DNA of 64,000 nucleotides from Oscillospiraceae bacterium. GTDB lineage: Bacteria > Bacillota > Clostridia > Oscillospirales > Acutalibacteraceae. The stretch spans positions 1,186-65,185 of the forward strand of contig JAQXZE010000038.1 in assembly GCA_029227055.1 (NCBI GenBank), read 5' to 3'. Both the position numbers and the translations under genes were made by a program. A model generated the notes under the pieces. That model did not search any database, was not told the origin of the DNA, and worked only from the letters and a program-made list of their open reading frames with translations. Shown one piece after another: positions 27,804 to 37,641 of the stretch (its first letter is position 1; every line of letters begins with the position of its first letter).

Positions 27804-28712
27804 TTAGGATAGAGTTTTTGTTAAATATTCTTTAAACTTTTCAGCATCAAATTCTGTTACAAGTGTACAGTTATTTGCTTTCCCCTTTTCAAAGGTTACC
27901 ATACCGTACTTTTCATCATTTTCGGTATGAACCGCTGCAAAATATGTATCTTTAGCCTTTAAAGTGTCCTCCCAAACAACACAGCTTAAAGCTACTGCGT
28001 CAGGGATATCGGCGGTGTGGCTTTCAAAGGCTTTTATATTATGCTCTAAAATCTTTGAGGTGCAAAGGGATACAAATTCGCCGAGTTTTCCAAGCTTTGA
28101 TATATTTTCGAGTTCATTTTCGGTAAAGGAAGAATCGCCAAGACACATATCAAGACCTATGATAGTTACAGAAATTCCGCTTTTTAGCATTATATCATAG
28201 CTTTCGGCGTCAACATAAACATTAAATTCCGCAAACTCGGTAACATTGCCCGCTTCAAGCCCTGCAGTGCCCATACTGTAGATGTGTTTTACCTTTTTCA
28301 TCGTATCGGGAGCTTTTAAAATGGCGGCGGCGATGTTTGTTACGGGACCTATCGTTATAAGCTCTATTTGACAGGGGTTCTTTTCTACAGTTTCCAAAAT
28401 AAAATCGATAGCATCTTTATTTTCCGGAGAGGTTTTTGGGTGTACTAAATTTTTATCCCCCATACCGTCCTTACCGTGCACATATTCGGCGGTAAAAAGA
28501 GGTCTGTAAAGGGGTCTATCGAGCCCTTTATATACGGGAATTTTGGCATTTGCTGTTTCTAAAACCTGAAGAGCGTTTTTAGTAGCAAGCTCTAACGGGA
28601 TGTTTCCGCAAACGGTAGTAACGCCGAGAATTTCTATGTCGGCATTACAGGCTATAAGTAATGCTACCGCGTCATCAGCGGCGGTATCGGTATCAATTAT
28701 AAATTTGCGCAT
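27804..28712 (-). CDS. nucleoside hydrolase (inosine/uridine-preferring family)
   Basis: N-terminal Asp cluster DTDTAADDAVAL; 302 aa. Confidence 0.9.
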   Translation of the reverse strand: MRKFIIDTDTAADDAVALLIACNADIEILGVTTVCGNIPLELATKNALQVLETANAKIPVYKGLDRPLYRPLFTAEYVHGKDGMGDKNLVHPKTSPENKDAIDFILETVEKNPCQIELITIGPVTNIAAAILKAPDTMKKVKHIYSMGTAGLEAGNVTEFAEFNVYVDAESYDIMLKSGISVTIIGLDMCLGDSSFTENELENISKLGKLGEFVSLCTSKILEHNIKAFESHTADIPDAVALSCVVWEDTLKAKDTYFAAVHTENDEKYGMVTFEKGKANNCTLVTEFDAEKFKEYLTKTLS

Positions 28713-28797
28713 AAGAATCCCTCCTGATAATTTTATTATAGCTTTATTTTTCCTTTATTGCAACCGAAAAAGTTTAATGTATATGGAAAGATATGTC

Positions 28798-28826
28798 TTG
28801 ATTTATTTTTATGGGTAGTGTATAAT
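28798..28826 (+). promoter_or_regulatory. sigma-A-type promoter for rhaA
   Basis: TTGATT - 17 nt - TATAAT. Confidence 0.6.
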
Positions 28827-28867
28827 TTAATATGTAATATTATTCTACAATTCACGGAGGTTTAATT

Positions 28868-30133
28868 ATGACAAGATTTGAACAGGCTAAAGCACGCTAT
28901 GCCGAGCTCGGCGTAGATGTTGAAAAGGCAATATCTCTTTTAAAGAATACCCCTATCAGTATTCACTGCTGGCAGGGTGACGATGTACGCGGCTTTGATA
29001 CAGACCCCAACAAGCCCTTAACCGGCGGTATTCAGACTACCGGTAACTACATAGGCAGAGCTAGAACTCCCGAAGAACTTATGGCTGATATTGATGTAGT
29101 TTTAAAGCTTTGCCCCGGTATGAAGAAGATGAATCTTCACGCAAACTATGCTATTTTTGACGATGAAAACGGCGGTTGGGTAGACCGTAATAAGTTAGAG
29201 CCCAAGCACTTTGCTAAATGGGTTAAATTCTGCAAAGAAAGAGGTCTTGGATGTGACTTTAACCCCACATTCTTCTCCCATCCTATGTGTGACCCCCTAA
29301 CCCTTTCAAGCCCTAACGAAGAAACCCGTAAGTTCTGGATTGAGCACGGTAAGGCGGCTATTAGAATCAGCCAATATTTAGCTGAGGAATTAGGTCAGCC
29401 TTGCGTTATGAACATCTGGACAGGTGACGGCTACAAGGATATCCCTGCAGACCGTATGGGACCGAGAGAGCGCTATCGCGATTCTATCGATCAGATTTTA
29501 AGTGAGCCTTTCGATTTTGATAAGGTTAAGCCTTGCGTTGAGTCTAAGGTGTTCGGTATCGGTGTTGAAGCTTATACCGTTGGCTCTGCAGAGTTTTCAT
29601 TAGCTTACGCTGCTGCTAATATGGATAAGTGCATTCCGCTTATGGATAATGGTCACTATCATCCTACAGAGGTTGTATCGGATAAGATTCCTGCTATGCT
29701 TGCTTTCTTCCCCGAAATTGCTCTTCACGTAACACGCGGTGTTCGTTGGGATTCAGACCATGTAGTTTTATTTGACGATGAAACTAAGGAAATCGCTAAG
29801 GAAATCGTACGCTGCGGCGGTCTTGACGGCAGAGTAAAGATTGCTCTTGACTATTTTGATGCTTCTATCAACCGTGTAGCTGCTTGGATTACAGGTGTTA
29901 GAAATATGGAAAAGGCGCTTCTTTTTGCTCTTCTTCAGCCCACAGAGGCTTTAAAGAAAATGCAAGATGAAGGCGATATGACATCCCTTCTCGTTATGCA
30001 GGAAGAACTCAAGACAGCACCCTTCGGTGATGTTTGGGAGTACTACTGCGAGTCTGAGGGAGTACCCGCAAATGAGTCATGGCTTGCTACTGTTAAGCAG
30101 TATGAAGCAGACGTTCTCGCAAAGAGAGTATAA
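28868..30133 (+). CDS. rhaA: L-rhamnose isomerase
   Basis: Collinear with E. coli RhaA from the N-terminus (FEQAK.RYAELGVDVE...SIHCWQGDDV.GF); 421 aa. Confidence 0.88.
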   Translation: MTRFEQAKARYAELGVDVEKAISLLKNTPISIHCWQGDDVRGFDTDPNKPLTGGIQTTGNYIGRARTPEELMADIDVVLKLCPGMKKMNLHANYAIFDDENGGWVDRNKLEPKHFAKWVKFCKERGLGCDFNPTFFSHPMCDPLTLSSPNEETRKFWIEHGKAAIRISQYLAEELGQPCVMNIWTGDGYKDIPADRMGPRERYRDSIDQILSEPFDFDKVKPCVESKVFGIGVEAYTVGSAEFSLAYAAANMDKCIPLMDNGHYHPTEVVSDKIPAMLAFFPEIALHVTRGVRWDSDHVVLFDDETKEIAKEIVRCGGLDGRVKIALDYFDASINRVAAWITGVRNMEKALLFALLQPTEALKKMQDEGDMTSLLVMQEELKTAPFGDVWEYYCESEGVPANESWLATVKQYEADVLAKRV

Positions 30134-30145
30134 TTTTAAAATGTC

Positions 30146-30180
30146 TTGCCCGTGTGCTTTTGTACACGGGCAGTTTTCTT
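30146..30180 (+). terminator. rho-independent terminator after rhaA
   Basis: 9-bp stem TTGCCCGTGT/ACACGGGCA followed by GTTTT. Confidence 0.8.
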
Positions 30181-30195
30181 AAAAGGGGTGATTTT

Positions 30196-30909
30196 TTGCT
30201 TGCCATCATAGATTTTAGAGCTGATGAAGAAATAGTTCTAAATCTTGAAAATTTAGGCTTTAAGGTAATTAAAATGAAAGGGTTTGAAGCTCTGTCAAAA
30301 CCTGTTTTTGCCCACCCCGATATGCTTATGTTTATAGGCGGAGACACTCTTTTTACCCACACCGATTATTATAAGTCTGCTAAAGAAGAACTCGATTTAA
30401 TAGCAAGAGAAAAAATTTTAAAAATTGTTGTTAGCAATGAGAAGATAGGGGATAAATATCCATTTGATGTCCTTTTTAATGCGGTTTTGCTTGAGTGTTT
30501 TTTAATTGCCAATTTGAATACGGTATCTGAACATATAAAAGATTTTGCTGTAAATAACGGTATAAAAATGATAAATGTAAAACAAGGCTATACAAAATGC
30601 TCGGTACTAAAGGTTAGCGACAATGCAATAATCACCGCAGACGAGGGAATTTATAATGCCGTTTTAGGTGAAGAAAAAATAGATGTTTTAAAAATATCCG
30701 ATAACTTTACCGACCTTAACGGATATAATTACGGATTTATAGGCGGTGCTTCAGGTCTTTTCGGCGACTATGTATACTTTAGCGGTGATATAACACTTCA
30801 CCCCGATTATAAGAGCATTTTGGCGTTTTGCCAAAAACACGGCAAGAAAATTATATCTTTAAAGAAAAATTCAAAGCTTTACGATTTAGGAACACTTGTT
30901 TTCCTTTGA
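30196..30909 (+). CDS. hypothetical protein (about 237 aa)
   Basis: TTG 30196 follows an AAAGGGGTG RBS; the ORF-track start 30154 lies inside the rhaA terminator stem. Motifs AHPDM, QGYTKCS, AIITADEGI and GFIGGASG. Function unknown. Confidence 0.65.
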   Translation: MLAIIDFRADEEIVLNLENLGFKVIKMKGFEALSKPVFAHPDMLMFIGGDTLFTHTDYYKSAKEELDLIAREKILKIVVSNEKIGDKYPFDVLFNAVLLECFLIANLNTVSEHIKDFAVNNGIKMINVKQGYTKCSVLKVSDNAIITADEGIYNAVLGEEKIDVLKISDNFTDLNGYNYGFIGGASGLFGDYVYFSGDITLHPDYKSILAFCQKHGKKIISLKKNSKLYDLGTLVFL

Positions 30910-30925
30910 TTTTAAAGGATAAAAT

Positions 30926-30962
30926 AAAACCCCTTTCCGAAGAATTTAGGGAAGGGGTTTTA
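30926..30962. terminator. bidirectional terminator between convergent genes
   Basis: Stem AAACCCCTTTCC/GGGAAGGGGTTT flanked by an A-run and a T-run. Confidence 0.85.
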
Positions 30963-30967
30963 ATATT

Positions 30968-31615
30968 TTACTGCTTTAATTTTTTTAGTTTATGAATATC
31001 TGCGATTACAATGAATTTTATATCCTTTTGGAGAGGCTTATATGGATCAATCAGCGTTGTGACAGTTCCGTTTTCAACAATCGCTACAACATTCAGTGAA
31101 TATTTTCGCCTTAAAGATAGCTCTGCAAGTGTTTTACCTATCCATTCCTCTTTAATTTCCATTTCAAGTATTGAAATATCGTTTGAAAGGTCAATGGCAT
31201 CAATAAATCCTGAACTCAAAAGATTTTTGGCAAGACGCTTTCCCGATTCACTTTCAGGAACAACAACGCTATCCGCCCCTACTTTGAGCAAGATTTTTCC
31301 TTTTATTTCATCACTGCATTTTGCTATAACATTAGGAACACCAACTTCTTTACAGAGGGTTATAGCCATAACTGTAGCTTCAAAATTTTGTGCCATTGCG
31401 ACAATCACCGTATCTATGTTTGAAATTCCGAGATTTTCGATTACATCGGCATCGGTAACGTCAGCGCATTTACAAACAGGTATTGTAAAACTCACATTTT
31501 CAACTACCGCTTCATTGATATCGACTGCGATAACTTCTGCACCGTTCTTTAATAGTTCTTCGGCTACGGCCGTGCCATATCTTCCAAGTCCAAATACGGC
31601 ATAAGATTTATTCAT
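30968..31615 (-). CDS. ktrA: K+ uptake system, TrkA/KtrA-type RCK subunit
   Basis: Rossmann GLGRYG (TrkA-N) plus a TrkA-C domain; 215 aa. Confidence 0.85.
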   Translation of the reverse strand: MNKSYAVFGLGRYGTAVAEELLKNGAEVIAVDINEAVVENVSFTIPVCKCADVTDADVIENLGISNIDTVIVAMAQNFEATVMAITLCKEVGVPNVIAKCSDEIKGKILLKVGADSVVVPESESGKRLAKNLLSSGFIDAIDLSNDISILEMEIKEEWIGKTLAELSLRRKYSLNVVAIVENGTVTTLIDPYKPLQKDIKFIVIADIHKLKKLKQ

Positions 31616-31627
31616 ATCCTTAATCTC

Positions 31628-32992
31628 CTAACCTATGCTGATTTCTTCCGTGGGATTTTTAACTATATTATTATTTGATGTATTGAGATTCAGTGATGTA
31701 GCAAGTGAAATTGGACCTACTCTTCCAAAATACATGGTAGCAATGATAATAAGTTTCCCTGCTACATTAAGCGAGGGGGTTAAGTTTCTCGAAAGCCCTA
31801 CAGTTGCGCCTGCACTTATCGTTTCATAAAGAATATCTATCAAGGCCCTATCGATAGTAAGGCTAAGCAATAAAGTGGAACCGAATACAATCATACTGGA
31901 AATAACAACTACCGCTAGAGATTTATTTATAGAGGCCTTTGAAATTCGGCGGTTAAATATAGTGGCATCTTTTTTGTTTTTAACCATAGATAGTGCCGAT
32001 AAAAATAAAACTGTAATTGTGACCGTTTTAACACCGCCCGCTGTACCTACGGGGGAGCCACCTATGAACATAAGCAACATTGAAACGAGGGCGGAGGCAT
32101 TTGTAAGGTTTTCTTGCGGTACTGTGGCAAACCCAGCCGTTCTTGTAGTTACCGATTGAAAGAATGACGCTTCTATTTTTTCGCCAATACTTAATTTTCC
32201 TATAGTAAGCGGATTGTTGTATTCTAATGCAAAGAAAAGGACAGCGCCTGATAATATAAAAAAGAGGGTAGTGGATATAGCAATTTTACTGTGAAGAGTA
32301 AGATTTTTCCATATTTTTATACTGGTTTTTTGTTTAAGCTTTAAAACTCTTGATACATCCCACCAAACAATAAATCCAATACCGCCCAAAATTATAAGTA
32401 TCGCGGTCATAATGTTGATAACAGGATTTCCTACATAGTTATAAAGGCTATTTTCACCTATGATATCCATACCTGCGTTGCAAAAAGCCGAAACTGAATG
32501 GAATATCGATATAAAAATTCCTTCGGCTCCGAATTCTGGCACAAAAATCGGCATAAAGACGAGAGCGCCGATTCCTTCTACTAAAAGAGAGCCTATGACT
32601 ATTTTTTTAACAAAAGTCGTAAGTCCCGACAAGGAATTCAAGTTAAAGGCATCCTGAACCAAAAGGCTACTTTTAAGGTCGAGCCCGTGATTAAGCGCAA
32701 TGAAGATAACCGACATAATCGATACAACGCCGAGCCCTCCGATTTGAATAAGCAGTAGAATTACTGCTTTGCCGAATATACTCCAGGAAACAGTGGGAAC
32801 CGTTACAAGACCTGTAACGCATGTTGCGGTTGTTGCAGTAAAGAGAGCATCACAAAAGGATATTGCTTTACCGCTTTTGGTGCTTATGGGCAAACTTAAA
32901 AGGATAGTGCCCAACATAATCACTGCTAAAAATCCTAAAAGTATAATCTGTGAGGTTGAAAAGGAAAAACGTCTTTTTTCCATAGGTATCAA
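31628..32992 (-). CDS. ktrB: K+ transporter, TrkH/KtrB family membrane subunit
   Basis: Multi-TM protein with repeated selectivity-filter-like motifs (TATCVTGL, SAFCNAG, RTAGF, GATVGLS). Start uncertain: TTG 32992 or ATG 32983. Confidence 0.85.
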   Translation of the reverse strand: MIPMEKRRFSFSTSQIILLGFLAVIMLGTILLSLPISTKSGKAISFCDALFTATTATCVTGLVTVPTVSWSIFGKAVILLLIQIGGLGVVSIMSVIFIALNHGLDLKSSLLVQDAFNLNSLSGLTTFVKKIVIGSLLVEGIGALVFMPIFVPEFGAEGIFISIFHSVSAFCNAGMDIIGENSLYNYVGNPVINIMTAILIILGGIGFIVWWDVSRVLKLKQKTSIKIWKNLTLHSKIAISTTLFFILSGAVLFFALEYNNPLTIGKLSIGEKIEASFFQSVTTRTAGFATVPQENLTNASALVSMLLMFIGGSPVGTAGGVKTVTITVLFLSALSMVKNKKDATIFNRRISKASINKSLAVVVISSMIVFGSTLLLSLTIDRALIDILYETISAGATVGLSRNLTPSLNVAGKLIIIATMYFGRVGPISLATSLNLNTSNNNIVKNPTEEISIG

Positions 32993-33966
32993 AGCATTAA
33001 CGCACGGATTTCTTCTGCGCTTAAAACGGATAGGTCGGCAGGGGCGATATCAAATACAGTTTTGCAACCCTTATCGCCACGATTTTTAAGCTTGTAAACG
33101 GCTCTCGCATAGGCTACAAGCACACTTGCGGTAAATTCAGGGTTTGAATCGAGCTTCAGGCTATATTCAATAATATGATTATTCTGATTGTTATCGCCTG
33201 TTTTTCCTGTTCTTATAACAAATCCGCCGTGTGGGATACCCTTGTGGTCGCGCTCTAACTCTTCAAGGGAGATAAAATTAACGGTTGTATCATAATCGGC
33301 AAAATATTTTGGCATATTTTTAATTTCTGCCTCAATTCTTTCTTTGTCGGCGCCCTCTTCTGCTACAACATAGCAGAGTCTTGTATGCTTTTCTCTTGTG
33401 GAAAGCTCGGGGTTTTCGCCGCCTCTAACCCTTTCGAGCGCAGAGTCTACAGGGCAGGTGTACTGCCTTGCATCTATAACTCCGTCAATTCTTCTTATAG
33501 CATCGGAATGACCCTGACTTACTCCTTTGCCCCAAAAAGTATAGTCTTTACCATCGGGTAAAATTGCAGAGGCATAGAGGCGGTTTAAGGAGAAAAGGCC
33601 CGGGTCCCAACCTGCAGAAATAAGGGCAACGGTTGAGCCTTTTTTAGCGGCAGCGTCAACACGCTCGAAGTGAAGCGGAATATCGGCGTGGGTATCAAAG
33701 CTGTCAACAATATTAAAGTTTTCTGCGAGCATAGGTGACATAGCGGGCAAATCGGTTGCACTTCCGCCACAGATTATAAGCACATCTATTTTTTCCTTAT
33801 AATTTAAAATTTCCTCGGCTTTATATACTTTTGCGCCTGTTACGGTTTTTACAGAGTCGGGATTTCTTCTTGTGAAAACACCGAAAAGCTCCATATCCTT
33901 ATTTTGTTTTACGGAGTATTCTACACCTTTTCCTAAATTGCCGTAACCATAAATTGCTATATTCAT
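32989..33966 (-). CDS. ddh: meso-diaminopimelate D-dehydrogenase
   Basis: MNIAIYGYGNLGKGVE N-terminus and overall length typical of Ddh. Confidence 0.85.
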   Translation of the reverse strand: MNIAIYGYGNLGKGVEYSVKQNKDMELFGVFTRRNPDSVKTVTGAKVYKAEEILNYKEKIDVLIICGGSATDLPAMSPMLAENFNIVDSFDTHADIPLHFERVDAAAKKGSTVALISAGWDPGLFSLNRLYASAILPDGKDYTFWGKGVSQGHSDAIRRIDGVIDARQYTCPVDSALERVRGGENPELSTREKHTRLCYVVAEEGADKERIEAEIKNMPKYFADYDTTVNFISLEELERDHKGIPHGGFVIRTGKTGDNNQNNHIIEYSLKLDSNPEFTASVLVAYARAVYKLKNRGDKGCKTVFDIAPADLSVLSAEEIRALML

Positions 33967-34079
33967 AAAAACATCCTTTCAGCCCATAAAATCCAATTTT
34001 TAATAAAATTATAATATCTCTATAAAGTTAATTTGTCAATTGTTTTTTGGCGAATTTGGGGATTTTTAAGGATTGTGGA

Positions 34080-34108
34080 TTGACAATATTTCCCTGAAAG
34101 AATATAAT
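34080..34108 (+). promoter_or_regulatory. consensus sigma-A promoter for cysK
   Basis: TTGACA - 17 nt - TATAAT exactly. Confidence 0.7.
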
Positions 34109-34145
34109 ATCATAAGTCAGTGTTTCTACACTCGGAGGAGAATTT

Positions 34146-35075
34146 ATGATTTGTGATAATATTTTAGAGGCAATGGGTAATACCCCTATGATACAGCTTA
34201 ACCGAATGGGTGATAAGGATTCGGCAAGAATTCTTGTAAAATTTGAGGGCCTTAATGTTGGTGGCTCTATTAAAACCCGTACGGCCTACAATATGATACT
34301 TGATGCTGAAAAACGCGGAATTATAAACGAAAACACAATTATTGTGGAGCCTACAAGCGGAAATCAGGGAATTGGTCTTGCATTAGTGGGTGCGGTACGC
34401 GGCTACAAAACCAAGATTATTATGCCTGATTCTGTTAGTGAAGAGAGAAGAAAGCTTGTGCGCCACTACGGTGCGGAGGTTATACTTGTTCACGATGCGG
34501 GAAATATAGGTGAATGTATAGACGAGTGTGTAAGAACGGCACTTGAAATGCAGAAAGCCGATAAAAATGTTTTTGTTCCTCAGCAGTTTGAAAATCCTGC
34601 AAACCCCGATATACAGAGAAACTGCACTGCAGTTGAAATCATAAACGAGGTAGGCTCAGAAATACACGGATTTTGCTCAGGAATAGGTACGGGCGGTACC
34701 ATTACGGGAATAGGTGAGACCCTTAAAGCCCACAATCCCGACATAACAATCTGGGCAGTTGAGCCTGAGCACGCAGCTATTCTCTCGGGCGGCTCTATCG
34801 GTACTCATATTCAGATGGGTATAGGAGACGGCTTAATCCCTGCGATCTTAAATCAGAACATATACAGTGATATTTGCATCATAAAGGATGAGGAAGCTAT
34901 CCGCACCGCAAAGGAGCTTGCCTCTTTAGAGGGAATTATGTGCGGAATTTCGAGCGGCACCAATGTTGCGGCGGCTATAAAGCTTGCTAAAAAGCTAGGC
35001 TCCGGCAAAACGGTTGTAACGGTGCTTCCCGATACCGCTGAAAGATACTTCTCAACACCCCTTTTTGAAGAATAA
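34146..35075 (+). CDS. cysK: cysteine synthase A (O-acetylserine sulfhydrylase)
   Basis: PLP-lysine context NVGGSIKTR, TSGNQG and GIGTGGTITG loops. Confidence 0.92.
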   Translation: MICDNILEAMGNTPMIQLNRMGDKDSARILVKFEGLNVGGSIKTRTAYNMILDAEKRGIINENTIIVEPTSGNQGIGLALVGAVRGYKTKIIMPDSVSEERRKLVRHYGAEVILVHDAGNIGECIDECVRTALEMQKADKNVFVPQQFENPANPDIQRNCTAVEIINEVGSEIHGFCSGIGTGGTITGIGETLKAHNPDITIWAVEPEHAAILSGGSIGTHIQMGIGDGLIPAILNQNIYSDICIIKDEEAIRTAKELASLEGIMCGISSGTNVAAAIKLAKKLGSGKTVVTVLPDTAERYFSTPLFEE

Positions 35076-35085
35076 TTTTAAATTT

Positions 35086-35120
35086 GTGCAGAGGTTTATG
35101 TGCCTCTGCATATTTTTTTG
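35086..35120 (+). terminator. rho-independent terminator after cysK
   Basis: Stem TGCAGAGG/CCTCTGCA followed by TATTTTTTT. Confidence 0.85.
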
Positions 35121-35181
35121 GAATAAAAAAGGTAATTACTGTTAATATTTAAAAAAGATAAGATATATATTAATAAAGGAC

Positions 35182-35211
35182 TTGACAAGAACTGACTAAA
35201 AAGGGTAAAAT
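35182..35211 (+). promoter_or_regulatory. sigma-A-type promoter for rnj
   Basis: TTGACA - 18 nt - TAAAAT. Confidence 0.6.
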
Positions 35212-35328
35212 GATATAAATTGGGATAATTTCACTATTTTTATAAATTTTTGACTCAATCTGTGGGATTGGAGTCTTACATAAATACAAACTTAATACAT
35301 AAAAACAAATGGAGGAAAGCGACTTAAA

Positions 35329-37185
35329 ATGAATGAAAACAAGTCTAAAAATGGCAAGTCGAACTCTGCTTTGAAAAAGCAGAGCAGGCCGCCTGTGCAT
35401 AAAAATTCCGCAAAGCCTTCGGGTAAACCTGAAAACAAGGCAAAGGGCGGTGCGGCTAAGAGACAGTCGGGTAATCAGAACAAAAAAAGAACCCAAAGCA
35501 CTGCAAACTACAAGCCCAATATACCTAAAAAGCCAATCAGGATAATTCCGCTCGGCGGTCTTGGAGAAATCGGTAAAAATATCACCCTTTATGAATATGA
35601 CGGTGATATGATACTTGTTGACTGCGGTATGACCTTCCCCGACGAAGATACCCCCGGTGTTGATATAGTAATCCCCGATTTTACCTATGTGCTTGAAAAC
35701 AAGTATAAAATTAAAGGTCTTGTTATAACTCACGGGCATGAGGACCATATCGGTGCGATACCCTATCTTGTATCTAATTTTAATGTTCCGATTTATGCAA
35801 CAAGGCTGACGCTCGGATTAATTGAGGGTAAACTTAAGGAGCATAAGCTATTAGCTGACGCAAAGCTCAATGTTGTATCACCTAAGGATGTTATAAATTT
35901 CGGCAGGATTTCGGTTGAGTTTATACACGTAAATCATTCTATTCCCGATGCGGTGGGCTTTGCTATAAGCACCCCTGCAGGTACGGTAGTTCATACGGGT
36001 GACTTTAAGATTGATACAACACCTATTGACGATTATGTAATAGACCTTGCCCGTTTTGCAGAGCTTGGAAAGAAGGGCGTTTTAGCTCTGCTTGCTGACT
36101 CTACTAATGCTGAGCGTGCAGGCTATACTGCCTCCGAAAAGCTTGTTGGCGGTTCTTTTTCAAATCTTTTCAAAAAGGCTGAGGGTCACCGCATAATAGT
36201 TGCAACATTTTCTTCTAATATTCACAGAATTCAGCAGATTATAGACGAGGCTGTAAAATGCAATCGTAAGGTTGCTCTTTCAGGCAGAAGTATGCTAAAT
36301 GTTGTAAGCGTTGCAGGCGAGCTTGGATATCTGAATCTTCCCGATGGCGTTTTAATCGATATAGATATGATTAAAAATTATCGACCCGAAGAGCTTGTTA
36401 TTGTAACTACGGGAAGTCAGGGCGAGCCGCTTTCGGCTCTTCACAGAATTGCCTTTTCGGAGCACCGTCAGGTTGAAATAATACCCGGTGATATGTTTAT
36501 CATATCGGCAAATCCAATTCCGGGAAACGAAAAGCTTGTCGGCAAGGTTATTAACGAGCTTATGAAGCGCGGCGCAAATGTGGTTTACGAAAAAATGTAC
36601 GATGTTCATGTTTCGGGCCACGCTTGTCAGGAAGAATTAAAGCTTATAATGAGCATTGTAAAGCCGAAGTATTTTATACCGCTTCACGGCGAGGAGCGTC
36701 ATTTAAGAAAGCACGCCGCTTTAGCTAGTGCAATGGGAATTGCTGACGATAATATCGTAATTTCCTCTAACGGAAAGGTTATTGAGGTTACAGAAAGTAA
36801 TATTAAGCAGACCGAAACCGTACCTGCAGGCAGAGTCCTTGTTGACGGACTCGGTGTAGGAGATGTTGGTAGCGTAGTTCTTCGCGACAGAAAGAGCCTA
36901 TCTAGTGACGGCATTATCGTTGTAACGGTAGTTATTGATTCTGTTACAAGACAGGTAATTTCAGGTCCTGACATTGTATCTAGAGGATTTGTTTATGTTA
37001 AGGAATCGGAAGAGCTGTTAAATGGTCTTACCGAACAGGTATGCGATATTTTAGAGCGCGCTTATATTTTAGGTGTAAAAGATTGGAATACAATCAAAAC
37101 AAAGATTAAGGACGGTGCTTCAAGATACCTTTATACAAGAACCCACCGTTCACCTATGGTTTTACCGATTATTATGGAAGTTTAA
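35329..37185 (+). CDS. rnj: ribonuclease J with basic N-terminal extension
   Basis: IRIIPLGGLGEIGKN and metallo-beta-lactamase HGHEDHIG, then a beta-CASP domain and C-terminal domain. No in-frame ATG between 35329 and the conserved core. Confidence 0.93.
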   Translation: MNENKSKNGKSNSALKKQSRPPVHKNSAKPSGKPENKAKGGAAKRQSGNQNKKRTQSTANYKPNIPKKPIRIIPLGGLGEIGKNITLYEYDGDMILVDCGMTFPDEDTPGVDIVIPDFTYVLENKYKIKGLVITHGHEDHIGAIPYLVSNFNVPIYATRLTLGLIEGKLKEHKLLADAKLNVVSPKDVINFGRISVEFIHVNHSIPDAVGFAISTPAGTVVHTGDFKIDTTPIDDYVIDLARFAELGKKGVLALLADSTNAERAGYTASEKLVGGSFSNLFKKAEGHRIIVATFSSNIHRIQQIIDEAVKCNRKVALSGRSMLNVVSVAGELGYLNLPDGVLIDIDMIKNYRPEELVIVTTGSQGEPLSALHRIAFSEHRQVEIIPGDMFIISANPIPGNEKLVGKVINELMKRGANVVYEKMYDVHVSGHACQEELKLIMSIVKPKYFIPLHGEERHLRKHAALASAMGIADDNIVISSNGKVIEVTESNIKQTETVPAGRVLVDGLGVGDVGSVVLRDRKSLSSDGIIVVTVVIDSVTRQVISGPDIVSRGFVYVKESEELLNGLTEQVCDILERAYILGVKDWNTIKTKIKDGASRYLYTRTHRSPMVLPIIMEV

Positions 37186-37197
37186 GGAGAAATATTT

Positions 37198-37638
37198 ATG
37201 AAGGTTATTTTATTAGCAGATGTTAAAGGGCAGGGCAAAAAGGGCGAGCTTTGCAATGTTTCTGACGGATATGCAAGAAACTTTTTATTCCCGAAGAAGT
37301 TAGCGGTTGAGGCAGATAATGCCGCAATGTCCGAGTTTAAGAGTAAGGAAGCTGCAAAGGCTCACCATAAGGAAGAGGAAATTGCCGCTGCTAAAAATAC
37401 CGCAAAGCTGCTTGACGGAAAAAGCGTTACTATGAAGGTTAAGGCAGGCTCAAACGGCAGACTTTTCGGCAGTGTTACTTCAAAGGAAGTAGCGGCTGAA
37501 ATTAAAAATGCTTTTGGTATTGAGATTGATAAAAAGAAAATGTCACTAGCAGATATTAAAAATTTCGGTGAATACACCGCAGAAATTAAACTTTATACAG
37601 GTATTACCGCAAAAATTACGGTAATAGTTACGGAGTAA
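37198..37638 (+). CDS. rplI: 50S ribosomal protein L9
   Basis: [17 protein letters not shown]...[13 protein letters not shown]. Confidence 0.96.
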   Translation: MKVILLADVKGQGKKGELCNVSDGYARNFLFPKKLAVEADNAAMSEFKSKEAAKAHHKEEEIAAAKNTAKLLDGKSVTMKVKAGSNGRLFGSVTSKEVAAEIKNAFGIEIDKKKMSLADIKNFGEYTAEIKLYTGITAKITVIVTE

Positions 37639-37641
37639 ATT

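Noticed and set aside
30154-30195. ORF-track start of the gene downstream of rhaA.
   Set aside because: The GTG at 30154 lies within the rhaA terminator stem. TTG 30196 with an AAAGGGGTG RBS is the plausible start.
35170-35748. Long antisense or shadow ORFs in the track. Examples: 35170-35748 (-), 41200-41679 (-), 43246-43710 (-), 53523-53888 (-), 31011-31604 (+), 7162-7608 (+), 20604-21101 (+).
   Set aside because: All lie opposite or out of frame within strongly supported conserved genes. They lack RBSs and have low-complexity or odd composition, so they are frame shadows.
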